A stretch of DNA of 63,047 nt, the filler included, from Gonapodya sp. JEL0774 (lineage: Eukaryota): the NCBI GenBank assembly GCA_027604505.1. It is 32 parts of 32 records of this genome, joined end to end, with 100 filler letters (N's around TTAATTAATTAA, not from the genome) between each part and the next. Parts side by side here need not be neighbours in the genome. Positions count along the whole stretch, not along the records: positions 11,889 to 13,767 come from JADIIX010002501.1; positions 13,868 to 15,746 come from JADIIX010002502.1; positions 15,847 to 17,724 come from JADIIX010002503.1; positions 17,825 to 19,702 come from JADIIX010002504.1; positions 19,803 to 21,679 come from JADIIX010002505.1; positions 21,780 to 23,655 come from JADIIX010002506.1; positions 23,756 to 25,631 come from JADIIX010002507.1; 25 more parts are not named here. One strand, given 5' to 3'. This document shows positions 12,980 through 24,683 of the stretch, piece by piece. The translations under genes and the position numbers were made by a program. Position 1 is the stretch's first letter. The number at the start of each line of letters is the position of its first letter. Below the pieces are notes generated by a model. That model ran no database searches. It was not told where the DNA came from and was given only the letters and a program-made list of their open reading frames with translations.

Positions 12980-14004
12980 AATGGTGTCTGGTGGCGTGGT
13001 GGATGGCTGCGGTGTGCTCCCGGGTGTGGTCATGGAGAGTGCCACCTTATCATCCCCATCAGCAATGGACGATAGATTTTGGAGTGGCCACGTGCAGAAC
13101 GTTCTCCAATCTCCACCACCTGCTCCCCGTTTTCTTGATGTTTCGCGCTAGATTGGATTTTTGAACTGTGTGATCGCTTGAGGATTGCTGGCAACGAGTT
13201 CGTGTTATCTTCAGTCCGATGGAATAATTGCAGCGATTGTCAGGACATCATGGTCGAGGTCGGTCTGAACAGCATACCACGTCAGCTCGAGATCTTATTG
13301 TACATAGTCTTTTGATCGGCGTTTTCGCTTTTACCTCAAAAGTATCGCATTTTCTTTCTTTTGATGCACTTCTATATCAACTAGCCGGATTTCTCTCAGT
13401 GATTGTTGTAGAGTTGTGGAGTCGGCAAAGACTGTGGCACCAACATCTAACTCTCCCATTCGCAGGAACCGACCGAATATTTTTATTCGCGGGAATGACG
13501 CAATTGCAATCTCCTTTCCTGAAAAGTAATTGCGTAACGCTCACACGGTATGCTTACTCTTGTCTTCTTTCACACCTATTTACAGTTGTACTTCTGTTCG
13601 GAACCTCGTGTCTCATCTAGTAGGGATACTGCGTAAGGAGCTCAAAATTATGTCTGGCAAAGCGCGCACAATATTCGGTCAGTTGTAACACCCGCATCTA
13701 GCTGGGAGAACCATCCAGTGCACCCCGTTCGCTCAAGAACTCGGCAAGTGGCAACCTCAGAGAGTCGNNNNNNNNNNNNNNNNNNNNNNNNNNNNNNNNN
13801 NNNNNNNNNNNTTAATTAATTAANNNNNNNNNNNNNNNNNNNNNNNNNNNNNNNNNNNNNNNNNNNNCAACTCTCCTCCATTACACAGCAGGCCAGCTGC
13901 CATCTACATAGCAAGATAAAATACGGGAATTAATCCAAAGTTCCGCATTATGGAAGTTACTAGGTCTCGGACGAGAGTTCTGTGCGCATTTCTCTGTCGC
14001 GCAT

Positions 14005-15746
14005 TCATTCTACAGCCGCGACAACAGTACTGGTAGCCCTCCACTGTGTTTTCTTCGCCTTTCTTGTCTTGGTCGTTTTTGTAGTTCGGGCCTTCTGCTT
14101 CTTGGTCTTGCTGCTGACTGCGTTGACAGCATCACAGGGCACTGGACTACCTGCCGAACCAGCGACCGGGGTTACAGGAGTGGATCCTACAACAGATGCC
14201 AGTATAGATGATGCCAATGTGGGATCGGCGATGGCAGCTGCAGTTGTCAGGGACGCAGCGACAGGCTCAGTGTTGTATGCAACAGAGGGTGATGTGACAG
14301 GAACGACTGCAGCCTGAGGTGCAACTGGAGCGGCGGCAGCAGGCGTAAGAGCTGTCGATGGCGCAGGTGGAGGCGGTGGAGGCGGTGGAGGTGCCGGAAC
14401 TGAGGTCGAGCTCGCCGCTGCTGGTGGCGAATTGGAGTAGGTCCGACATTGTGTGACGGGTGCAGAGAGTGCGAGAGCCTTAAGTTGGGCGTCAATGTTG
14501 AGAGGGTTGGTCTTCGCGCACAGGCTGTCTTTTGTACCGCTGTACTCGATGCTGCGAGGAGATCGTGGCATGCATAGATAATCCGACGATCAGAAATGAA
14601 CCGAGGTCAGCAGATTACCCGCATGGGTTACGAACCACCTACAATAGTCACTCACTCGAATACCGCTTTGCCGGCGGCAATAAATGGTGTGTACGTTCCA
14701 CACTCGTTGTACTGAACGCACTGCTCCACTACACCAAAGTCGAACCAGGGAACGAGCTCGGACAAGAGATCTCCACAGTTCTTCAAAGCGACAACTTTGC
14801 CAAGCGCGTGTGCATTATCGGCGAGTCTGTTGGCATGCTCTGAGAAATGCATAACGGAGTGAATATACGTTTGACAAAGATCGAACATACAGTCGATTGA
14901 AAGCCAGCTGGTGAGTCTTGTCAAGCGGAAATCCAATCTCCTTCTGAGAGAACGTCCAAGCATCGACCTTAATTGCAATTTGGTTGGAAAGGTTCACACC
15001 ATCGTGGAGAGCTCGTTTACAAGGTGCTCACATTGTCTGGGTCAAACCCGTCACAGCCCTTTTGAGCACCAAGAGTCATCCGTCTTCGCATGATAGGAAT
15101 GAGGATGTCCGTTTGACGAACTCATCAAATCGGACAATAAGTTTCAGCAATAAACGGGAATGGATGATACTTCGGCATTTCTTGAGGTGGGCTTACTCAC
15201 TGTCGAGCCAGTTCTCGCCGGCCCACTATTATTATAGAAGATATCGAGGATGAGACTATAGTCACGCAGATGGACACCGATTTCTCAACTTACGCCTTCC
15301 ATGGCTACTCCAATGACGCTCGATGGAAAGTCTGCAGTATCAGGTCTCCAGTTCTATAACGAGGAGCACGGTGGCTACGTTCGATTGTCTTTAAGAAACA
15401 ATTGATGAACTGTAAACGAACCTCATACGATCCAGCGGAGAAATACTTGGAGCCATGAAGGTTTCGAATTGCGGTGAGTATAATAACGAGCAGAACTCAC
15501 AATACTGCTGTTGAAACTCACGCATATAACAGTTTTTCCCAGCTGTTTCAGAGTGGCTATTTCAGCGGTTGTTGTTTGGAACAAGTCCACTGGTGGAGCG
15601 GATAAGCGGAGTGTTTGGAGGTTTGAAAGGATTGAGCACTCGAAACGAGCAAATCATACCCTCTAAATTTTTAGCAACAAATGTTAGTGATGAACAACGA
15701 GAGAAGAGCAGCTTCACGCACCGTAGACTGTCGAAGCAAAGCTGGC
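14005..15746 (-). CDS. Glycoside hydrolase family 114 (endo-alpha-1,4-galactosaminidase-like) with P/A/T-rich linker and K/T-rich basic tail; 5' truncated
   Basis: Spliced exons give VYEVDLF, VICYFSAGSYENWRPD, WAGENWLDIR, KGCDGFDPDNVD, LKN..FDFGVVEQCVQYNEC and GKAVFDIEY, all GH114 motifs. Confidence 0.92.
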
Positions 15747-15846
15747 NNNNNNNNNNNNNNNNNNNNNNNNNNNNNNNNNNNNNNNNNNNNTTAATTAATT
15801 AANNNNNNNNNNNNNNNNNNNNNNNNNNNNNNNNNNNNNNNNNNNN

Positions 15847-16400
15847 AGCGAACAGTCATCCCCGCTGTCATTGGAGTTTTAGATAAGTATGCGCCACTAA
15901 AATCTCGAAGCGCGCCGAAAAGTACCGGAGACCAAGCAATTGGCTCTGATGTATCCGTCGATTCCTTCTCTGGCGAGCGGATAAACGTGCGACAAGCTAG
16001 TGGAAGCTCGATTGAAAGCAGCAACTACTCGTACACTCCGAGTTCTACTCTGACCGAGCGACTGGAGGCAATATCGGTAGACCTTGAGCTATCACCTAGC
16101 TTGTCAGATACAAAGCTAATGATGGAGTTGGGTAAGGTGGCGCCACCCATAGTATCCTCCATGACATCGGGTGTGCACGCAATGCGAATGGGTGGAAGGC
16201 TCTCGATTGAAAAACTTTTGAAAGACCCCTACCCTCCTCGTGAGGGACATCTCGCCGGTGGGGCTTCGGACTTGGAAGTTGAGCGGGACTTTCGAATCGG
16301 TGTCACGCGAACGAGATCGGGGAACTTCAAGGTACTTCCGATGCCGAATTCAGGTCACGCAGGACAAGCACGATCGGGTGTAAAGCGACGTAACAGATGA
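15847..16400 (+). CDS. 3' end of an unidentified Ser-rich protein
   Basis: Open frame from the contig edge to TGA at 16400, ending TRTRSGNFKV..VKRRNR*. Confidence 0.45.
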
Positions 16401-16750
16401 GCATCCGGAGCAGACCAGAGGCGGACGGTTTTGCCGATTTAGATACGGGCTTGCATTGTGTTCAAAGACAGTTCTACACGTTCATCCCACTGAGTAGATA
16501 TTGCATTCATGATTTGCAATTTATAGAAACGAACTGTTTGTATCATCTTCAAGCAAAAATTTCATGTGCAGCAATCCAACTCGACAAGTTCCCTTCCCTT
16601 TCTGTGCTTTCTGTGCATACAAAGCTCCGAAGCATCTGTTTCTTCGCTCCGCTCAAAATAACACGCACGTCGTTTCTGTTACTAAAGCGCAACGCGCATG
16701 CCACCTACCGCTGGATAGTTTCGCCAACTTTCTTTCATAGGCGGACAACC

Positions 16751-17724
16751 ATGACTTCTCGCCCCGCATCGTCTCTCGGCAATCACAGACATTCAAGTGG
16801 ACGAGACCAAAGGGTTGACGGTGGCTGGAGTCGGAGCCTATCGTTCGATGGTCACCTTCGACGGGGAGAGCGTGATGTCAATCGATCGTCGAGTGTCGAG
16901 CAATGGCGGCGACGGCGGTCCCGTTCGCCTGATTTTAGCAACGACAGGTACAGAGAATGGGACTATCGACACAAGAGCGTCTCCTCAAGCCGCTCATCCC
17001 GTCACGAGTTCCATGAATGGCCCTCACAAAACCAACGGGACAGCCCACTTCGCGCACAGATGCATGAGCGTTTCGGAGAGAGCTCATTCCCTCCAGAAGG
17101 TGCGCAGCAGCACTCTTTGAGCTCTTCACAGCATCGTCTCGGGGATTTGGCGACGAATGATGAACCCGAAGACGCTCATTTTCGTATCACTTCACGGCAC
17201 TGGAAGCCTCTCCCCAAATCCTTGCGATCAAATGAGCGTTCTAGTTTGTCTTTCACTGCGTTGACTTACAATCTGCTCGCTCAGTCGCTTCTCCTGCAAA
17301 ATTATGACTATCTTTATAGGCACATAAGTCCCTGGATGTCCAATTGGGATGCTAGAAAGCGCGCATTTTTCGCCGAACTGGAAACTTACCATACCGATAT
17401 AATCTGTTTGCAAGAACTCGACGAGAACCACTGGTTCGACGACTTCGAGCCTTACCTGAGAGAGAAAGGTTACAGAGGGTTCCACAAGAAGTGCACAGGA
17501 GACACGAGGAAAGATGGCGTTGCCGTTCTTTTTCGGGAGAGCAAGTTTGTATTTTGATGGCTGGCTGACTGTTTCTCGGAACTTGTTGATCTCACATGAC
17601 TGGCCATCGCTCTTTCAGGTTCACGGTTGTCGATTCCATCAAAGTTGCACACAGGCAAAATCGTTTCATGGACCGGGATAACGTGGGCCTTGTCGTGCTT
17701 CTGCAATCAAAAGAAGGTTTGTAT
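16751..17724 (+). CDS. CCR4/Angel-family EEP nuclease/phosphatase with RS-rich N-terminus; 3' truncated
   Basis: TYNLLAQ..LYRH, DIICLQE, KDGVAVLF; after intron 17545-17618, DRDNVGLVVLLQ. Confidence 0.9.
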
Positions 17725-17824
17725 NNNNNNNNNNNNNNNNNNNNNNNNNNNNNNNNNNNNNNNNNNNNTTAATTAATTAANNNNNNNNNNNNNNNNNNNN
17801 NNNNNNNNNNNNNNNNNNNNNNNN

Positions 17825-19655
17825 TGTACTCAGGCTTGGTGTCGGAAAGAGCTGTTCGCGTCACAGGGACGACGCCTGCAGGGAGGTCAATGAAGTTGAA
17901 CAGGAAAGCTAGGCATGTACAAAGGTTTTATTGATCAGGGGGATCTTTGTAGCAATGAGACACCACCACTGAAAACATACCATAAATGAGAGCGCCAACG
18001 GTGTCCCCCGATGAGTCGTGCTGGAATTTATGTCGACAGTCAATCGAGGAGGTGGGTAATTATTACGCTTGCAGATAAGCTGGACGAATCCGATGATTTC
18101 CCTCACCTGGCACGAAGGCAGAGCGACCACAGGACAAACAAGAAAATCGAGACCAAGGCCGTTCATTTGACCAAGATACTTCTCCTTCAGGATCTCCCGA
18201 ACAATGATCCGTTTCCTTGTTGTCACGAGTACGGAATTACAGCGAGTCATTCGATCACTTTTCTAGACCGATCAGCAATCACAATCGCGCACCATATGTC
18301 CCCCATGCCCGTTTTGGGAGTCGGATAATTTGCGAAGAAGGACATTGCTGGATGGAGTCCTTCGCCACCCTGTGCCGGTCCGACGATTTCGTGCAACTCG
18401 TCGAGGTACGCGGCGAAAATGTCATTCTACGTATGTATCGCCGACATTGTGAGAAGGAGTTTGCCATCTCATGGAAAAGCGAAGAAGGTGGGTGCTCACC
18501 ACGGCGTTGAAGGCGTCCTCAGTGTCTTCGGGATGAAATTGAACAACCTCGTGCCCCGCCGCTTTGAGAGCTGCAACGGTTTCGAGAACCGCGCGCTCTA
18601 CTGGAGGAGTCGACTGCAAAGGAGTTCGCTGAGTGAAGCCAGGCGCAACCCCGCGTGACACGGTGGACTCACTCTGACAAATCCAGCGTCGGTAAAGTAA
18701 CCAACCCGGAGCTTCTGGGGCACGGTCACATCTACCGGGGACGAGCACGTTCAGTACTCTTTGACGCGGATGGGGTGGTGGACAAAACCAGTAATCACCT
18801 CGCCACCCCAACGGAATCATGTTGGGATCCATTTGAGCGCCAATAGGGTCGGCAAACATCCTACCGTACAGTTCCTGATTAGAAAAGTGCGGTGAGTGAG
18901 GGAATCCTGAGCTGTTTGTGTCCCTCTTGCATGATTGAAGACTCACCAAGTCATCGACACTCCGTCCTATCGGGCCATGGGTAGGGTTGATAAAGTCGGG
19001 CGAGCCCAGGCAATATACTCGAGAACCGTTGTAGGGGAAGCGGCGAGCGGATGGCTTGAGGCCGTACTATTTTTGTCATTAACCGACAGAATGAATGTAT
19101 GGAGATTCAGAGGTCGCGATCAATAGAAACACGCAACGTCCGAAAACTCACGACACCGTTGATAGAAGAAGGACCCCGTATGCTTCCACCAATGTCCGAC
19201 CCCACTCCCAAAAAGCTTCCACCAGCAGCGATGAGAGCACCTTCACCGCCCGACGATCCACCAGCGCCCGCGGCCGTGTTGTGTGGGTTCAACACGCGAC
19301 CGTACACGGCATTTGCAGACTCCCACGCGATGAGAGATTGCGGTACGTTGGTCTGGAGACGAATATGCGGGTACTAGTGAGAAATTTCATATGGGGAAAC
19401 GGCCCAGCACACGACGCAGTACTGACCTTGGCGTAAAGCACTGCGCCAGAGTCCTGTAATGAAGTATTGACAACGCGTTACTGAGTTACCTTCTGCTACA
19501 AAGCTCCTCTCTCACTCTCACAATTAGTCTCTTGACCAGAGTGCAATCCTCCTGCGCTGGCCCGTCCTTTGCCCATTGGACGAATCCCCATGTTGTCAAC
19601 GTTCCCTTCATACCGTGCTCTTCTTTGAGCGATATGGGAAGACCATGGAAAGGTC
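17825..19655 (-). CDS. Amidase-signature family enzyme (acetamidase/FAAH-like); both ends truncated
   Basis: GPFHGLPISLKE (catalytic K), GGSSGGEGALIAAGGSFLGVGSDIGGSIRGP (Ser-cisSer) and FLFNFIDLPAGVVP. Confidence 0.94.
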
Positions 19656-19802
19656 CTATGGATACAAGAATGAAGCGGGAGAATAGTTCGAATTCAGATG
19701 ATNNNNNNNNNNNNNNNNNNNNNNNNNNNNNNNNNNNNNNNNNNNNTTAATTAATTAANNNNNNNNNNNNNNNNNNNNNNNNNNNNNNNNNNNNNNNNNN
19801 NN

Positions 19803-20121
19803 CGGTCTCGTCGTCGTCGTGGGAGTGGTCGTGGCCACACCCGCTGTGGGAATGGTCGGGGTGCGCGCCGCCATCGTCGTGGGAGTGGGAGTGGGAATGG
19901 TCGTGGGAGTGGGAGTGGGAGTGGTCGTGTGCGTGCGCGTGTGCGGGTTGGGACTGTGCCAACGCTGCGTTCCGTGCGGCCATCTTGCGGTCGTAGTCTG
20001 TGGGAAGTGGAGAGTTGGCGGGGGGTGGGGGGGGGGGGGGGGGNNNNNNNNNNCCGCCCCGCCCGCCGCCCGCCCCGCGCCCCGGCCCCGGGCCCCCCCC
20101 CGCGCCCCCCCCCCCCCCCCC

Positions 20122-20156
<35 letters not shown>

Positions 20157-21679
20157 TGGACCGGAACGCGAGAAACACCGTCCGTAAACACCCCAGGGCA
20201 ACGGCCCCGCTCTGGCCAAACCCCCATCCGTCTCACCACTCACCATACACCTCCTCGATCAACTCCAACACCTCCCCCAAACTCTCCGCCGTATGCCACA
20301 CAGACTCCTGCTCCCCTTGTGGCCCCGCTTGCTGCCCCTGCCCCTGCCCCGCCACCGCCCCCGCCACCGCGTGCATAAACAACCCTCCATCAGGCACTCC
20401 CACGATCCAGCTCACAAAGTCCAGCACCACACCGTTGGCCCGATCCACCACCGCGGCATACACGGGCGTCAGCACGCGGGCCATGGGCGGAGGGGGGCGG
20501 AAGTTGAGTGAGAAGACAAGATGCCAGTCGGGTGGTACGGACGGGTCGGCGGGTTTCTTGGTCTTCTTCTTCCCCCCGCCCTCTCCCGCGCCGGCCGGGC
20601 CTGGCCTTCCCGTCGGCACCCCCGCGCCGGCCAATTTACACAAATGCCACAACCACACCCCGGTAATCAACGGATGGTGGAGCAACAGATGCGACTCGGG
20701 CGCTTTGGGATCCACCTCCTTTCCCCCCACGTGCCCCACGTGCCCCTTCCCCTGCCGCTCCTCCATCTCTCGGTGCCAATACGTCACGGGCGCCGTGTCG
20801 AGGACAAAGGAGGGGAACTTGGCCCGCATGGCGCGTGCCAGAGTGTGTTGGAGCGGGGTCGGGGGGTTGGAGACAAGCGCGAAGGGGGCAGGAGTGGTGG
20901 GTGTGGTCGGGGCGGTGCGGGAGAAGACGGTGGCGAGGGGGGGGAAGGTGAGCGGGGTGGATTGGGTGGTGGCGAAGTCGCGGACGTTCTGGGGAGGGGA
21001 GGGGGTGGGGGGTTGAGCGGCGCGGGACGGTACCGCAGGCTGGTGCCGACGACGGACAGGTTCCAACCAACTCACCCAACTCCTGGCCCTCATCTGGTGC
21101 AAGATCGCCATGACCCTTTTGGGCATCACCACGTCCTCCTCCTTCTCCTTCTCCTTTCCCTCTTCCTTGTCTCCTGTACCTTCCTTCCCTTCCTTCCCAC
21201 CCGCCATCCTCACCGCCTCCGCGTACTTTCTCTTCATATCCCGCACCACCTCCCCGTCCACATCCCCGTCACCCCCGCCCCCCTTTTGCGCCGCGGCGGT
21301 GGCGGCGCCAAGGCCCGTCCGGAACGCAGAGGCGGCGTCCGTGTACCGGGAGAGGGACATGAGGGCCGTGCCGAGACGGTACCAGGCTTTGGGCTGGGGC
21401 GGGGCGGGTGGAGGCGGGTGAAGGTGGAGTGGTGGGAAAGGGGGGGGAGGGAGGGCGGGAGGGAGGGAGGGAGAGAGGGAGATGTAAGCATGGCCCATGG
21501 GACCGTCTGGCGAGCCGACCGTCGGACCCTCCGTGTCCGCCGACACCCCAGCATCCCGGCCCCGGGCCCGTCTCCGTGTCCGGTTCAAGGAGAAACGAAC
21601 TCACCCACTCTGGTCTCCCCTCGGTGGCCTTCCTGGCCGCCCTCTCGGCCTCGTCCCACTTTCCCATCCTCCCCATGAC
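19803..21679 (-). CDS. TPR-containing protein with unknown central domain and His-rich C-terminal segment; both ends truncated
   Basis: Intron 21604-21394 joins GRPEW|PKAWYRLGTALMSLSRYTDAASAFRTGL (TPR). Intron 20243-19998 joins EVY|DYDRKMAARN..HAHAHDHSHSHSHDH. Confidence 0.8.
20021..20157. other. Poly-G/poly-C low-complexity tract with an internal 10-N gap (20044-20053), intronic
   Basis: Long homopolymer runs flank the gap; base calls are probably unreliable. Confidence 0.9.
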
Positions 21680-23755
21680 NNNNNNNNNNNNNNNNNNNNN
21701 NNNNNNNNNNNNNNNNNNNNNNNTTAATTAATTAANNNNNNNNNNNNNNNNNNNNNNNNNNNNNNNNNNNNNNNNNNNNATGGTAGTTGAGGATCGGATT
21801 CGGGGATGGCTTCGACCCTGAAGAGGGTTTTGCTTGTTTCAGTCATCAATCGGCGCCGACGGAATGGAAAAGGAGGGCTCGCTGTAGGGTGGAGTACCGG
21901 CGATTGCTGGTTGTTGTGTTGTCAGTCCCTCAGAATATGGTAAGAGGCGCTGTTTTTAGGATACCGAAACCGCTGGCGACAATCGCGGAAATGGCGGGAT
22001 ACTGGAAGGCTGCCTTCTCCGCATGAATAAATTCAGCCATTCAAATCAATTTCTATACTGACCCAAGGTGAATACCTTCGAACGTGACCCCTCATGGCCG
22101 TCTGCAAGGCACAGGTATGATTCGCCTCCCACTCTTTGTCTCCCAACTCGATGCGAGAGATGGAAATCCCTTTCGTGGACATATTTCAAATCGGAAGGGA
22201 GTAGCAGCTCCACTACAAAGCTTTTCCACTTCTGTTAACTGCGCTCGTCACTTAGATCATTCCATACATGAATTATGCTGTGGCAACTCGTGTCTCTATT
22301 CTGGGTAAACACGCTCACGACGAGAGGAGCCAAGTTCGCCACAAAGAGTCGGGGTATTCGTGTGCAAGCGCCCTGAAACGTTGACCTATCTGGCTTTGAC
22401 TGGCAGTGTTGAGGCCACTTGCACGGTGCTTCCTGTGCACTTCGAACCATTCGCAACGGCCAGACATGTAATGTTCAATCATCTCCACCTTCGCGCAAAG
22501 GTCTCGTTTATCTGCGGGGGTGATCTCTCCCAAATAACTCTATGACATTCCACCACACACCTGACAAATACATCCAAGCAAAGAATTAAGCTACTCCACT
22601 TTGCCACCCTTCTTGAGATACACTTAAACCAGCAACAGTCCCACGCCTGTAAGAGCGGCGAAACCCCACAGGACGTACGCACTCTTCTCGCCGAATTCGT
22701 TCGTCACGGATTTGGGGTTGTAGTCCCAGTACTGCGGAGACGGAAAAGATTGTGGGTGAGTGCGAATGCGGAAAGTATTTTGGGTGTGTCAGTCAGGTTC
22801 CGTGATAGTGAATGGCGCCGAAACAATTTGGACCCATGACGCAACGTTGAATGTTGTCGATGACATTCCTCCACAGCACCGTCAGAACCCACAACAAGGA
22901 GCAAGCCTGCTCCACAAACTCAACTCACGATATGCCTAATCCCACTCGCAGCTTTGTAACCGAACGCTGTTCCCCCCACAGCTTTTGCCAACCCAAGTAA
23001 TAGAGGGGACGCTCCTACGGCAGCAACAGCTGCGGCGGACGGAAAGGGAGCGACGGCGTAGAGGGCAAACAGGGAAGAGAAGGCTGGAGGTTGAGTTTGG
23101 GACGGGGCGGGGGGGGGGGGGGAGGGAATTTGACAAGGTAATGTAAGAAGAGAGATAACGAAACGCAGTGGCCGATCGAGCGTTTATCAATTTGAGTATC
23201 AAGCAAACCCAACAAGATCTTCACAGCTCCCCAGCTTAGTCTCGTAGCAGGTGTCATTTTTCACCGATATCAACTCCTTGAATAAATGAAACTACTTACA
23301 CATCCCCAGCAACATTCCTGTGTACCTATGGAAGATAGAGGTAGAGACGAAGGTACCAGAGAGTTTGTAGATGGTCAAGTGCGGAGAGACTGGTCGTCCA
23401 AAGCAAAAGAAGTAAGTGTAAGCGAGACAACACCAAATTCAAATCGAATCTGACGTACTTGGGCGACCGAGCTTTTCGTTCCTCTCGAAGGGGTTCAAAA
23501 TCTTATCGTAAGCGTTGGACTTGGGGACGGGTGAGGAGTGGAAGGTGCTATGGTTTTACATCAAAGTTTTGCGGAAGGGGTTTCAAGTCGTGGAAAGGGA
23601 AGATTCCAAGACAGTTACGTTCCATACTGACACGAAATACCGTTCTAAGCTTTCGNNNNNNNNNNNNNNNNNNNNNNNNNNNNNNNNNNNNNNNNNNNNT
23701 TAATTAATTAANNNNNNNNNNNNNNNNNNNNNNNNNNNNNNNNNNNNNNNNNNNN

Positions 23756-24268
23756 CTGGGAACAATAACTCGCACTGGTACGCGCGGCGTCAATACAACC
23801 TCCCCGACGACCCTGTGCTGCGGTACAAGTTTCTGAACGAGTTCGACCGCGCGATGCAGCACTTGGAAGCCAAGTACAACTGGCTCGAGAGTCCTAATGT
23901 GAGGCCGAAAGAAGATCGAGATTCGAAATTTTCCAACTGACTGATTTTGGCATGTGATTTCATTTCAGGGTTACGTGTCCACCAAACACAACGGGGACAA
24001 GGTCATCGCCTTCGACCGGGGCGGTCTCCTCTTCGTGTTCAACTTCCACCCCACCCAATCCTTCACCGACTACCGCATCGGCACCCCGTTCGCTGCCAAG
24101 CACCGGTGCGTGCTCAGCTCTGACGATGCCTTGTTCGGCGGCCACTCGAGAATCGACACCAGGGTGGAGCACGTGCCGACCAGGGAACCGTGGGCTGGGA
24201 GGGACAACTACGTGCAGTTGTATGTTCCGAGCAGGACGGTTGCGGTGTATGCGCCGGAGCATTATTAG
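23756..24268 (+). CDS. GLC3: 1,4-alpha-glucan branching enzyme, C-terminus
   Basis: [34 protein letters not shown]; intron 23899-23968; [51 protein letters not shown]. Confidence 0.96.
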
Positions 24269-24683
24269 GTCGGGCCCGAGAGTGGAGGAACCGAATCATT
24301 CACACGATTGACGAGAGAAAGATCAGTGGGCGGAGTTCTAGAGGCGCGCGGAGAGGTGGAGAGAGCATGCAACAACGTTGTCGTCTTCCAACAGTCTTGT
24401 TACCTGTATCAGAGATCAAGTTCATTTCAGTGTCACCAATATAAAAGTCATAGTGCAAGTCAAAATTGATGGGTCAGTCCCAGCAATTCGGAACATTCAA
24501 GCTGACGTATTGCGTTGACTTTACAAAATCGATGATGAATGAGATTATGCAAACGGGTATAAATCATGATACATTGTTAATTCACACCACTCTCCCAGTG
24601 AAATACCGTGCTAAGTAAAAAAAGAAACGCGACCTGCGCCGTGCACGAACTCTCAACTCCCGAGATCAGAAAAAAAATCTAAA

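Noticed and set aside
16397..16750. N-terminal 118 aa of ORF 16397..17557
   Set aside because: Reads like intergenic or UTR sequence; ATG 16751 (ACAACCATG) is the more plausible start.
19819..21731. Many long overlapping ORFs on both strands in GC-rich contigs (also 30774-31521 and 49477-50957)
   Set aside because: Shadow ORFs caused by high GC and low complexity; one spliced frame explains each locus.
21780..23655. Short ORFs in contig 12
   Set aside because: No recognisable motif or consistent exon chain; probably intergenic or UTR, apart from a possible start at about 21846 on the - strand.
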